The position numbers and the translations under genes were made by a program. Below, piece by piece: positions 11,031 to 24,600 of a stretch of DNA of 64,000 bases; positions within the stretch are counted from its first letter, which is position 1; every line of letters begins with the position of its first letter. The notes beneath the pieces are model-generated. The model ran no database searches, was not told the origin of the DNA, and saw only the letters and a program-made list of their open reading frames with translations. The DNA is from a virus (lineage: Duplodnaviria > Caudoviricetes), in the IMG/VR virus record IMGVR_UViG_3300035501_000922; one strand, given 5' to 3'.

Positions 11031-12533
11031 TTATCCCATTAAAGTCACAAATTTAGTAATTACACTATCCATATATTCATTAACAGCACTAGATATGTTG
11101 TTATCAATATCACTAAATGCGTTACCATACGAACTCATTATCAAATTAACTTTTGTCTTTACCGATGTTGCAAGTATTGATAAACCGCAATTTGTTGCTA
11201 GGTATTCTATTAAACTAGAATTATTAACGAATAATGTCGGGTCGCTCGATGAGCTCATAGTTAATGCACTGTACAAATCAGCTATGCTGAGGGTTACATC
11301 AACTTCATTTGGTAAACCTTCAGCAGACCAAGAATCAGATACTCTCTGAATTTGTATACTTTCAACTAAACCCATATTACAACTAAATACACCATCGACA
11401 TATGCTTTGATTAAAAATGGTGAACTGTAGGTATTAGCTGTACCTTGTCTTGGTAAAGCTAATGCTAATAAATGCATCATTGGAACAAATATATTCATAT
11501 AATATCCAAGTTTATTTCCATAAGGAGTTTTTAAATGAACTGTCACGCTATAGCTTTTGGTATATGTGCTACTCTGATATATCTGTGGCAATATCATGTT
11601 TTCACCTTTGATAACTGAAGAACTAAGATTTAGTATACGTGACATAAATGTTGATGTCTGTCCTACAATACCATCAGATGATGCATAACTAGAAATGAAG
11701 CTATTAATAGCATCCGCTGAACCAGATGCAAAATCAGCTATAGCATCAGCACTATCACCCAATCCACCTGAATTAGCTAAAAAAGCAATTTCTTTTAGCA
11801 TACTCTGAGCGCTATCAAAAGCTGATTTGATCATTGAATCACCACTAGTATTAGACATAGTTTCATCAGCACCCGAGTCAGGATCAATATAAAACTGGAC
11901 ATAGTTTGATGTTGCTAATAAATTCTCCATCTCTTCAGCATCTTCATCAGTAGTACCTGTCGATGTACTTATTATAAATGCACCGCTTTGTATATTAGTT
12001 TTAATTGTTTCCCATCCTTGTTTTAGGCTGTCTACTAAAGTTTTACCATCATTTCCTATTGATGTCAGTACTGATGAATATGTCGAGCCATCAGGCCGAT
12101 AGTTCCTCCAATCATATTGTGCTAATGCTGTACCATCTAAAGTATCAGTTATATTTAACATAACAGCACCTGCTCTACATAACGCATTAACATACTTCAT
12201 ATAATCAGTATAATTACGTTTAAAATCATATAAACGTAAATCTTCATTTGTTGTACCAGTAATATAATCGGCTAACGATGAAAATCCAGAAGAACCTTCT
12301 AATATTGATGTTGTAAGAGCCTGTGTTACTGCTTCTTTTTCATCTTCATCATCGCTAGTATTAGGTAGATATTTCGGTTCTCCCGGTATAATTGTACATA
12401 CGGGAGCTTCAATTAAAAAATTTCGCATATAGTTGCTACCAATACTGGTTGAGATATCTGACATCCTTGGATCAACATCATCAGTAAATTGATACGGAGC
12501 ACCAAATAATCTCATTGATTTTTTAACAGCCAT
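11031..12533 (-). CDS. Putative baseplate/tail structural protein
   Basis: 500-aa ORF immediately downstream of the tape measure. 'PQIYQSS.Y.KSYS.TV.L' and 'P..VDVTLSI.DL' resemble tail-tube/baseplate hub-like folds. Own late-type promoter. Confidence 0.5.
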   Translation of the reverse strand: MAVKKSMRLFGAPYQFTDDVDPRMSDISTSIGSNYMRNFLIEAPVCTIIPGEPKYLPNTSDDEDEKEAVTQALTTSILEGSSGFSSLADYITGTTNEDLRLYDFKRNYTDYMKYVNALCRAGAVMLNITDTLDGTALAQYDWRNYRPDGSTYSSVLTSIGNDGKTLVDSLKQGWETIKTNIQSGAFIISTSTGTTDEDAEEMENLLATSNYVQFYIDPDSGADETMSNTSGDSMIKSAFDSAQSMLKEIAFLANSGGLGDSADAIADFASGSADAINSFISSYASSDGIVGQTSTFMSRILNLSSSVIKGENMILPQIYQSSTYTKSYSVTVHLKTPYGNKLGYYMNIFVPMMHLLALALPRQGTANTYSSPFLIKAYVDGVFSCNMGLVESIQIQRVSDSWSAEGLPNEVDVTLSIADLYSALTMSSSSDPTLFVNNSSLIEYLATNCGLSILATSVKTKVNLIMSSYGNAFSDIDNNISSAVNEYMDSVITKFVTLMG

Positions 12534-12564
12534 ATATGAAATACCTTCTTTCTTTTAATAAAAA

Positions 12565-12603
12565 ATGAATAATGAGAGTGAGAAAATCACTCTCATTATT
12601 CAT
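12565..12603 (-). terminator. Terminator hairpin after the tape measure, overlapping a late-type promoter (12597-12608)
   Basis: atgaataatgagagtga/tcactctcattattcat inverted repeat. The minus strand reads AACA TATGAA TA across its edge. Confidence 0.7.
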
Positions 12604-12624
12604 ATGTTTTTAGTGTGTTTATTT

Positions 12625-15600
12625 TTAGATTCCTGCTGCTATTCTTTTAGCAAGCTTTTCATTTCGTGATTCTGTATGTTGCAGGGTATTAGAACCACTA
12701 CTTGAACTTGTTGAATTTTTAGAATTGTTATTATTATTTGATGTAACAAAAGTATTATTTGTCACACTATCACCATTGATATCAATAGACTTTAAATAAT
12801 CAAGTTTATCACTTGAATCCAGTGTATTATTAGCTATATCTTTCAATAAGCTTATAATGTTTGCAATTAAAGTACTATCTATCTGGTTTGCCGATGTAAC
12901 ACTGGAAGCTTTAAGAGAACTCTTATAATCCTTAACAACATTATCCGCATTTGTAGACGATGATGTACTGTAGGTTGTTGATTGTTCATCATCACCTCTA
13001 CCACCGCCGCCTTCATGAGGACCACATTGTACAGGAGCAAGAGTGCGTTGCTTAGATATCTTGGCTCCAGTACCACGCCCGCCACTTATTATCTTTCTAC
13101 CGGTACCACTTCCACCGTCATCACCGTTTAATTTTTTTCTAGCGGCTATTACAGCGTCTGAAATATCCATACCTTCTGCTACATACTGGGTAACTAATTC
13201 ACTCATTTTGGTAGAATCAGTACTACTATATGTATCGTAGAATGCTTGCGCATATTTTGTACGCTTAGGCATGTTTGTATAATTCATATTAGATCTTTCA
13301 TATCCTGCTTCAAATTGTTTTGCAGCAGTAACCGGGTTAGTAGCTTTCTTGAACTCATCTACAGTAGTATTTGGGGCATTCCATCTTTTCGAAGGATTTT
13401 GTTTAAACGCCCAGTTTTCTGCATCTATGGTACTATCAAGATAGTCCATCTGCATACTAACATTATTTTTCCATCCGTCAATACCTTTTCCAAGTTTTTC
13501 TGAATACGCACCAATCTTAGTTTTCCAAGGTGTCCACTGTATTAATCCTCCTCCTCCGTCATTAGAGTATACCGCAGGATTAAATGCAGACTCTTGCTGA
13601 ATATTACCCATGATACCAGCTGTAGCTGCAGATGAATATCCTTTTTTGATTAATGCGTTCCATACTTGTGCCTGTACATCTGTTCCGTTAGTTGTTGTAC
13701 CATCGGAACTAGAGTCATCACTACTGCTATCACTACTAGAAGTACTAGATTTTAAACTTGCGATGTAGGATTCATAATCAGTATCATAATTACCAGTAAA
13801 TGCACCATTAACTAAACGGTTACCTATTTCACCCATAAGGCTAGTAACACCTGTTAATATACCACCAGCCGTTGCTGTCCCAGTTGTAGTTTCACTGTTT
13901 CCTGTTGCTGCAGAATTAGGTGGTCTCCATATCTCTTCATAAGCATAATTTGCACCACCTACAGTATCAGTTGCAAGCAAGCCCTCATCACAACCACAGT
14001 TCCATGATTGGTGAGATGCAGCACTATCACCACTAGAATAAATTTCACCATGTGCATTGTGTTTAATTAGAATATCACCTTGGTTTAACTTATCCCAACC
14101 GGGGAAAGTCATTCTGGTAAAGCCAGCATTGGCAAGATCATCAATTAAAGTTTGGCTAGAAGAAGATCCACCAAAATTATGTGATGAGTAACCACCAGTT
14201 GGCATATCATCATCGGGAACTGCACCATAATACCATAAACATGCCGATACGAATCCTGTACAATCTCGTCTAAACCCTCTTTTTCCTTTATCACCAAAAT
14301 CAAATGTGAAATTTTCTTGTTTATACGCGTTGTCTGTTGTGTATCCAGCGGCTAACAATTGTTCTGAGAATAATTGCTTAACTTTTTGTACACATTCAAT
14401 CCAACCCGCAGGACTATCAGAACCACTGGAGTCATCAGTAGTTTTTACTGTGTCATATGTTTTAAGGACTTTACGTATTTTTGATAATATTTGTTTTTTA
14501 TGCTTCATGCCACTATCAGTCGTATCATCTGCCGTTGTGGTAGCCTTGTATGTTATTGTTTGCGCTTTATATTTATCATACGGACTCTTATAGATTCCTT
14601 GGTTTTTATCATTAACCGTCGAATGATTTAAAACATGCTTATACTCTGCATTAGTAATGTCATTTTCTACCTCGGTCTGAGTTTTTGAATTCTCCCATGA
14701 ATTTTTATATTTAGTAGGCCAACCAAAGAAATCAGATGTATATGTATAACCACCATTACTAGTTCGTTGTATGGTTCCATCAGTAGATTCACCAAATCCT
14801 CCACGAATTAATGGTTTACTTCCAAATCCGCCGCCTCGTCTGATTCTACCAAGTCCAAATCCACCATTTTGTCCTTTTGTAGCGTTGGATATAAATGATT
14901 TAGCTCTTGATAAAATTGAGGGGCGGCCTGAACCTGAGCCACCACCTGTACTTACAGTTGTACTTGCACCAATTGTTGACATTATCTTGCTCATTATTGA
15001 TTTATATGTCGTATCATTATAGTGCAATCCATCTGAAGTACCCATCTCATTTTTTGTAAATCCATCTTTAATATATGAGTATACGTCTACCCAACCAACA
15101 TCAGATGGAAGAGCATCTTTTAAGCTTTTATTAAATTTCTCAATACCAGAGTTTGAACTTGTATAATTTTTATTACACGGACCTACTGATATGTAGTAAA
15201 TCTTCGCTCCAAGTTTTGTCATTTCTGTTTTTACAAATTTAGCATACTTATCAGCATTATTTACATCATTTACACCATGCCACATAAGGACTACTGTGTT
15301 TGAATCAACGTATTTCTTGGCGAGGTTATATGCGGTTTCACTTAACCAATCAAATCCACTACCTTCTTTAGCAATATATGTTACATTGTCTTTTGTTCCA
15401 ATATACCCTGTTTGTTGAATATATGGACCACCCATAGCACTACACATACCAACTGTTCTGGAGTCACCAATCATGACAATCTTTTTACCGGAATTATCAG
15501 TACTACTTGTATCTGAAGTAGATGATGAACTTGATGAACTTGAATTATGTAGACTTGAAATATATGATGAATAATCTGAATCATAATTGCCTGTAAAAGC

Positions 15601-18600
15601 ACCATTGACAAAACGGTTTCCTATTTCACCCATAAGGCTACTCAAACCTGAAAGTATACTATTAGTTGATGAGCTTGATGAGGAATCGGATGAGGAATCA
15701 ACTACAGTATTAGTTGATGTGTCATATGTAGAGTCATCACTTGAAGTACTATCCCCACAGTATACATATCCGTGTATACTTCTTTTATTATTCCAATCAT
15801 CAATTGATTGAACTTTAAGTTTACCATCATCTGAATCAACGACGTTATTTGCGGGGTTGTTAGCTTCAGTATAGTATACCTTGTTGTTATCGGTATCAAC
15901 ATCTTCTACAAACATTACGTGTCCGTATTGTGAGCTACTACCTAAAGAAACAAGTGAATTAGCTTTTAATGATGTGCCAGTATCATAACCATCTTTTGTT
16001 GCTTTGCTATATATTTCTCCTCCATTACCTCTGGGTCGGTCTGTTATTCCTTCCCATCCACATTTTTCATACGCACGACCCTCGGCGTACCATGTACACT
16101 GTCCTTCACTTAATTGGTTAATAGGTGATTTATATGCATCGCTATCGAAATTAGCAAGGCGTGTACCAAGTTTGCTCTCAAGTGCTGAACCAAAACCGCC
16201 ACCTTGTCCAAATGACCAAGCAGCTCCAGTTTGTGATGCAACATCATCGACATTAAATTTCTTTGAGTATGATTTACCTCTCGGGTCACTTATATCTATA
16301 TTACCGTTATTATCAATACCAGTTGCAACGACATAATGTCCAGCGGGTGTATATGGAGTATCTCCACTGCCAAATCCGCCAGTGCCAGAAGCACCAGAAA
16401 GTATCATTGGTTTTCCCTGCTCTAATTGCGATTGAATATATTCACCTGAAGGATTAAATTGCTCAGTAGAATTAATACCGTATGCAGCGGATGCTTTATC
16501 TATGAAGTTCCAGTTAGTACCAGTACTATCTCTATCACCAGTCATTTGAGCAAGTGACGCTGTTTCTGTAGGTGTAACATTTTGACCCGTCATCTGTGAT
16601 GCAACCATTGACATTGCTGTCGGTCCACATCCAGTATCACCCATTGTAGCACCATCATTACCATATGCACTATTCTTCCAATCGGAATCATTCTGCGAAT
16701 AGTAAGAAAATCCGTTTACTGTATCAGCTCCACGACCACCGTGAGGTGAACGTAGACGTCTGAATCCCATACCGGAACCTCCCATAATAGATGGTTCACC
16801 GTAATCGTCAGTATCGAAATCATCAACTGTATGTCCATCACCAGAACCACCAGTAATCCATTTAGTAAATTTAGTCCAACCTGCGGATACTGTTGATTTA
16901 GCTTTATCCCATGATTCTTTTACAGATTTCTTGATTTTATCTACTGCGTTTTTAGCAGCACTGTCTTTTTGTATTTTACCCTTTGTAAGTAATCCTGTAG
17001 TTATCTTTTCTTGTACTTCATCAGCGTCAATACCTTTTTCAATAAGGTCATTATTAGCATTATAGTAATCAAACTTCTTACCATTTTTAACATAGTAGTT
17101 TCCATTTGCATCAAACCACGCTTCTTGTGAACTTGATGATACCAATTTCTTAATTGAACCTATAATGCCATTTTCTTGTATTGACTTAAATACTGATGAT
17201 ACCTTAGATTTCATATTTTTATAAAGATCCTTTGCTTTAGATACACCTGTACTCCAAGCATTTGATAACTTATCTTTTATATTATTTAAACCTTCCTTAA
17301 GACTTGAGGAATTAACAACAGCCTCACCCTCAGTAAGATTACCAGAATTAATCTGTTCCGTTATTGTTTCAGAGTCCACATTTTCTTCAATTAAATCACC
17401 TGTAGCATTGTAATGATCGAATCCACTACCATTAGCAACATAGTAGCTACCATCAGTATCATACCACGCTTTTTCCTTCTTTGAAGTTAATGACTTAATT
17501 ACAGAAGTTAAAGGACTAGCAACTTTACTAGCTAGTTTACCCCATTTAGTATCACTGAGTTTACTTAGTTTAGTAAATACACCACTAGCTTTTTCTTTTA
17601 CAGACGAGAAGATGTTCTTTGCCTTATCTCCGATAGCACTAGCAATTGTTCCGATTTTATTCTTTACAGTTGCTGTACCTTCTTCGAGTTCTCCAGCAGT
17701 AATTCTTTCCTGAATTTCATCAGCATCAACATCTTCATCAATTTTACTACCATTAGCATTATAATGGTCAAAACTCTTTCCGTTTGCTACATAATAAGAA
17801 CCATCTGTATCATACCAAGCAGTTTCTTTTTTAGTAGTTAAAAACTTAGCTGCCTTCTTAGCTACATTCTTAACCTTCTTAGTAGTATCTTTTACTTTAT
17901 CTTTAGCTTTATTAAAAAGCTTTTTAGTTGAACCCAGAGGGTCTTTTATAAAATTCTTAGCTCCATTTTTAACTTTCTTAGCAGTATCTTTTACCTTATC
18001 TTTACCCTTATTGAATAGGTTTTTGGCACCTTTACCAAGTTTCTTAAGACCATTTTTACCTTTGTTGAATAGCTTCGTAGCACCGTTCTTAAGTTTTTTA
18101 CCCGCATTTTTGGCTTTATCAACACCAGCGGCTATTAAATCTCCACCTTTATCAGCCATAGATGAAAATGTATTTTTAACATTCTTACCAAACTGCTTAG
18201 CTTTATCAACACCAGCAGCTATTAAATCTCCACCTTTATCTATAAGGTTATCATATGCATCAGCTATTTGAGCACCTACTGTTTTATTTTGGTCATCGTT
18301 CCAATCAGCAAACGAATCATATTTAACGGTATATGTACCATCGTTAACACCATCGATATAGTCAGCGAGAGATACCTCATTACCATCTATTTCACCATTT
18401 TTAACAGCGGTTTCGTATGCATCTTCAATTTCTCCTTGGCGATATTCTTCATATTCGCCTTTCCATTCAATTTGGGCATCTTGTAATTTATCTACATCTT
18501 TGTCTTTTGCAACGATGTTATATATTGCACATGCTATTTGAGTGAGAAGGTCAAAGCCAAGTATGCCTACACATACAACCTCATTTACTAAATCGACGAT

Positions 18601-21600
18601 ACTACCTACTGTTGTACCTGTGAAACCACCGAGTACCGCAGCTATAATTCTCATCTTTCCGTCAACTTTACTTTGAGGTATCTGGAATAGTCTAGCTACT
18701 CCACCATCACCTGAGCTATTGATTGCACCTAGTAAGAATCCGCCACCTTCCATAATAACGGTACCTACACCTAATGTCGCAGCTCCACCAGCTTCTTTTG
18801 CTGCAGCTTCAGTAGCACCTTTTTCAATTTTTTTAGTAGCTTCTTCACCCATGTTTTCAAGACCATCGGTAACACTCTTTTCAACTGCTTTAACGCCCGA
18901 GTCTTTACCAACTTTTTTATTAAGTTTTTTACCTACTTTTTCAAGTAATTCATCTATCCAACTTTTAATTTTTTCAATTATTTGTTTGACTATTTTACTA
19001 CCACCCTTAGAAGCACCTTCAGCTCCTTCTTTAGCGACAGTTTCTGCAGTTTCTTTAGCTGCATCTTTACCGAGGGTTGCAGCAGTGCTTTCTGCAGTGT
19101 CTTTAGCAACAGTTTCGGCCGTATCTTTAACAATGGTTGCGCCAGCGTCTTCTACCCCATTTTTAGCAACAGTTTCAGCTGTGTCCTTAGCTATAGTTGC
19201 GCCAGCGTCTTCTACCCCTTCTTTAGCGACAGTTTCAGCCGTTTCTTTGGCTGTATCTTTAACAATGGTTGCACCTGCATCCTCTACACCATCTTTAGCA
19301 ACAGTTTCAGCTGTATCTTTGGCAGTATCTTTAACAATGGTCGCACCAGCATCTTCCACTCCATCTTTAGCAACAGTTTCGGCTGTGTCCTTAGCAGTTT
19401 CTTCAGCTGTTTCTTTAGCGACATTTTCAGCCGTATCTTTTGCAGCCTCTTCAACTCCTTCTTTTGCGGCATCTCCAGCTATGGTTGCAGCAGCATCTTC
19501 AGCCCCTTCTTCAGCAACTGTTTCAGCAGTGTTTTTACCAAATACATCAGTTATAGGTGTATTCCACCAATCTTGGGCAGCTTTTACTTGACTGCCAAAC
19601 TCAGTACCGTAAAATGCATTTTTAGCATTTGTAACTAAATTGCTATTTGCTATTGCATTTAATCCTTTACTTGCTGCATTTACTCCAGCTTCAGCTCCTG
19701 TGCCGGCAACTTTTAAAGTTGTTCCTGCTACTTTGGTTGTCATAAAAGGTAATTTTGAAAGAACCTTACCAGTAGTTTTTGCAACTTTAGGTATACCTTT
19801 TACGAGTGTTTTTGTTGTTGCTTTAACTGCGTTAGGATGAAGTAAAAAATTTACTTTAGCAGCGGTTGCATGATCGACTTCTCCATCTTCATTCGTGAGG
19901 TATGTTTCTGCAGCTTCTAACGGATGACCTGTAGCAAGATCTTCTATAGCATTAGCATCATTAGTTACCTCTGCAACAGCATTATCAAGATTTGAGCGGT
20001 TATCCTTATTCGTAGATTTATTTTCAGTAAAGCTATTGACAACCCCTGCAATTTTATTAACGAGCGTACCCACACCCTCTGCAATACTCAGTAAAGCATT
20101 CGTTACAGACGGCCAATCAATAGTATTAAAAAGAGTGGCAGAAACTGGGGCTAAGGCAGAAGCTATTGTTGCAACATTAGATACTGTTGTCTTAATTAGC
20201 TTATACGTTTCACCAAATGTACTATTCTCTAATTTTTCATCAATGTTGCTTGCAGTCATTTTAGCCCATTCACCAAATGTACCATTTTTCAGAGCATTAA
20301 ATCCCTCACCTACTGTTGTCGCAACTTTCTTAACAATACTTATTGTATTTGAAAAATGATCAGACACAAGCCATTTCATTGCTTTGGTAACAAACGGTAC
20401 TGCAGCCAAAAGACCTACAGTTATTAATCCCTTTTTGCTAAAGATTTTACTCCATATGGCATTATGGGATTTAGTCTCATCATATTGTGCTTTCGTATTG
20501 TCACGTATTTGAGTGAATAAACTTCTTTCTTTTTCTTTCTCTTTTTCACGAACCTTGTCAGCTTGCTTAACTCCCTTTTCACGAACCTTAGTTAATGCTG
20601 ATTTAGCCAGATTAACAGGAGCGGTAACAACTTTACCAACAGTGTGAACGGCTGCACCAATGGCACCAGTTATGAGACCACGACCTCCTCCACTGCCACC
20701 ACGTATGTGTGTACGTCCAACACCTTCACCACCATTTTCTTCAGTGTTGTCTTCATCTACAAGAGTTATGCTTTCACCATTTTTTTCATCTTTTTTAGTC
20801 TTTTTTGCTGCCAATTTTTCAATCTTTTTATCTTCTTTTTCTTTTAATTTATCCCGTTTTTTCTTTTTCTTTGTTAATTTTTTATTTCTCCGCCAATGAC
20901 CTATATCAAAAGAAAACACATCAGATGTAAATGGATTAAATTTTTCTGAGTTAGAAAGATAGTTATCTAATGATAGAATACCATGTTTACCATCTGTTAA
21001 ATCTAACTTTTTGCCAGAAGCTGAAGAAGTAATTTGACCTTTATTTTTTACAAAGTCATCTGCAAAATCATCAAAACCGTCATAGTCATCAAGCAGTCCT
21101 TTGTCTTTTAATTCAAAGAACTTCTTTCTTGCCATACTACGAAGATAAATATCATATGACTCGTTATCTTTTTTCTCACTATCCTTAATCTCATTATCAA
21201 GATTAGCATACTTTTCACTTTTTTTAAAAAATTTTGCTCCAAGACTTAGAATAGCAGCATTTTTATTTTTCTCTTCAGTTTCTTTGTCTTTATAATCTTT
21301 CATGCTGTTGAAGTTCTTAGCAGTCCATTGTAAAACATCACTGCCATTTTCTTCAACTTCTTTCATAGCGGCTTCTGTATCCCCGCCGTTATTCTCTAGG
21401 ATTTTTTGGTATTCTTTAAAGGCGTTAGTTTTTTCTTCATACGAAAAATTATCGCCCTCTTTTTTAAGTTCATCTTTTGTCTTTTCATCACGGGGATCAG
21501 TATCATCTTTATCTCCTGTAAGTTGTGCATATATTTTACTAGCAATCCAAATGAGTTTACCCTCAGCATTTAAGGTCGAGAAATCCTTCATTTGCTTTAC

Positions 21601-24600
21601 TTGGGCAAAAGTAGTTCCTAATGCAATGGCTCTACCTTCAATTTTTTCTTTAGCTTTTTTTGCCATCTGGTCTTCTGTTTCGACCTTGGTATTTAATTTT
21701 TTAGCTAAACTAGGTTTTGCTCGTATTGCAGCAGCTCTTGCCTCAGCAGTATCTGATGAATACTGTCCTTTAGTTGCTTTTTCTATAATCTTGGCGTTCT
21801 TATCTCTTTCTTTTTGATCGTTATGCTCTTTACGAAGTTTATTTCTCTCGTCTGTTTCAAGCATTTTACGGTATCTCCATCTTTCTGATGGACTCATACC
21901 TTCAGTATTAACAGAGTCTAATTGGGAACCATTTATTCTAGCAGTTAAATTATTTGCACCATCATATAATTTTGCAACACCCTTACCTGCAAGACCTGCA
22001 AGACCTTTTACGCCTTTTCCGAGTAATCTAAGAGGTGTTAAAGCAGTTTTGACAATTTTCAAAACTCCTTTTGTTATTCCTCTTATACCACGTTTTATTT
22101 GGGTTTTAAGCCAATCTTTTCCTATATCTAATGCAGCCTTTAAGTTTGAATTTTCCCATGTTTCTACTATCTTGGATTTAGCAATATCAAGAACACCCCG
22201 AACTAATCTTATAGGAGCTAATACTGCTCCTCTTACAGCATGGAATGTTAATGCCGCTATTCCTTTTACAGTATCGGCTACAGGTTCAATAACGTTATCT
22301 CTTACGATATCAACAAGAGGATCAACAAGGTTTTCTTTAATACCAGTACCGATATCATTACATATGCCACCTATATTGTCTCTGATACTAGCGAACACAC
22401 TGCCAACATGCTCAGATACACTTTCGGTAAGTGCTGTTATAGTATCTCCAAACTTGTATTCTAAGTCTAAAGATACTGTTTTAAGATAGTATGAAAGTTG
22501 AGTTTTCATAGGTCTTAATACATTAGCATTAAGCATATTTCCGAAACGTCCAAAAAGACCGTTCTTATGCTTCTTTTTACCATCTTCTTCATAGTCTTCG
22601 CCAAATAAGAATTTCTTAAACGATTCACCATTAGCGGCTATAGAAGCACCAAGACCCATTAAACCACCAAATATAGGTCCACCAGGCATAACAGCCGAAG
22701 CCATAACACCACCAAGTATACCTATACCTGACATTCCAAGAACCTTACCATCTAGTGAAAATTCTTCGCCATTGTTACCTCTAGATGCTTTTTTACTAAA
22801 TCCATTTTTAATAGCATTAACTAAACCAATTTGACCTTTTTCTTCATCACCAAAAAGGAACGCCTTGAATTTATCAGAACGTGTAACAAGTGTAGTTGCT
22901 ATGCCGAGACCAGCACCAACAATAGGACCACCAACTAATGTGCCTAATGCACCTCCGGTTTTTCCTGCTAATGTTGACGTCAAAGCACCTACTGCTCCAC
23001 CACCAATAATATTCAGTTTATTTTTCTTAATATAATCCTGAGTACCTCTACTTAAGAATCCTCCATATCTTTCTCCAGTTTCGTCATCCTTTTTACCAAA
23101 CAACCAATCCTGGAGCTTTCCACTTCTAGTAAGGATACTTGTAGCAATACCCATGGCAGCACCACCAATAGGACCTCCAACAAGAGTACCTAAAACACTA
23201 CCGCCAGCCATTACTCCAACACCAGCACCAATAGCTCCACCAACAGTGGCATCCTTGGTGTATGTACTAAATTTCTTTTGAATTTTCTCAGAAACTTCCT
23301 TAGAGCTTTGACCCTCAATGGATTCTCCTAAAAATGCTTCTTTCCACTTATCTAATCCACCTTTAAGAGATTCAGTGAAACTATTAAAAATTCCACTGCC
23401 TTTTCTCTTACCTGTAGGATTACCATCTTCATCAACTTCTTCAGGTCCAAATAGTTTGGTCATAATTCCAGCTTTAACAGTACTACCCATATTTTTAAGA
23501 GTAGCTAAAACTGAATCATCCTTATCTTCATATTTATTACCCTTAGAATCAGTCCATGCTTTTCCAGTTAGATTGTGCTTAATGGAACCTAAAATATCAC
23601 CCATACCATTTCTAATACCGGAAAGAAGTCCACCTTCTGAATTACCATTTGCATCTTTTGTACCAAGTAATACAATTTTTAACGGAGAAATAACTTTGTC
23701 TCGCAAAGTATCACCAATTGCAGTAGCTTGTTCTGTAAAGATTTTAGTAAATTCCGTCATGGCTTCTTGGGTATTGCCGTGCATTATTGATGTCATCATG
23801 CCATTTGTATGCTTAGCACCCGAAGAAAGCATTTTACTGAGCAGACCACTTGATTCAAAATCTTGACTTTCCCCTGTAAATTCTTCTCTTTTTCGTCTTT
23901 TATCAATACCTTTAAACTTCTTATTATTCTCTTTACCATAACCCATTTCTTTTGATAATTCAGCATAAATGTTTTCTATATTATCAAGACCTGAGTTTTG
24001 TAGATTATAATAACTAGCATTTTTTTCATAATCTTTCAATTTATCAGTTGCAGCTTGCTGCGTGCTTAAAATAGCAGCAGTTAAGCTGTATGCTGATGAA
24101 GGATTATTCTTTACTAATTTTTGAAGAGCATCATTAATATGGTCTGCATTTTTTCTGCTTCCCTTATTGTATGATATACTCTCTAATATTTTTTGTAATT
24201 CACCATCACTTGAAGTATCTGCAACATTAACATGCTTCTGTGATTGTGTTAACTGCATTACAAATTCTTCAATAGTGTGACGTAATGATTCTTGATTCTC
24301 CTTAGTCGATTCATTTTCAACTAATGTTTTTAATGATTTACCGATTTCTGATGAATCAAAACTATCCATAATAGTATTACGGAAGTCATTAAGAATTCCA
24401 CCACGTAAATCAGCTTGCTTTACGTACTTATTTTGATTATAATCAAAAATATCAGCATCAGCTTTTGCTTTTTGGGTATCAATCTTATAATGGTCAGCAA
24501 TTGCTTTTAAATAAGAAGTCTGCTCTCGTAACTCCTTAGTAATAACCTGTGTAATAGCATGTTTGGTTTCACCATCAAAAGGAATTGCACCTTTTTCAAT

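Noticed and set aside
19020-19530. CRISPR array
   Set aside because: Repeats are degenerate, in-frame, vary at codon third positions and lack unique spacers.
18719-19638. Plus-strand 290-aa and 218-aa ORFs
   Set aside because: Antisense shadows of the tape-measure tandem repeat, with low complexity and no RBS.
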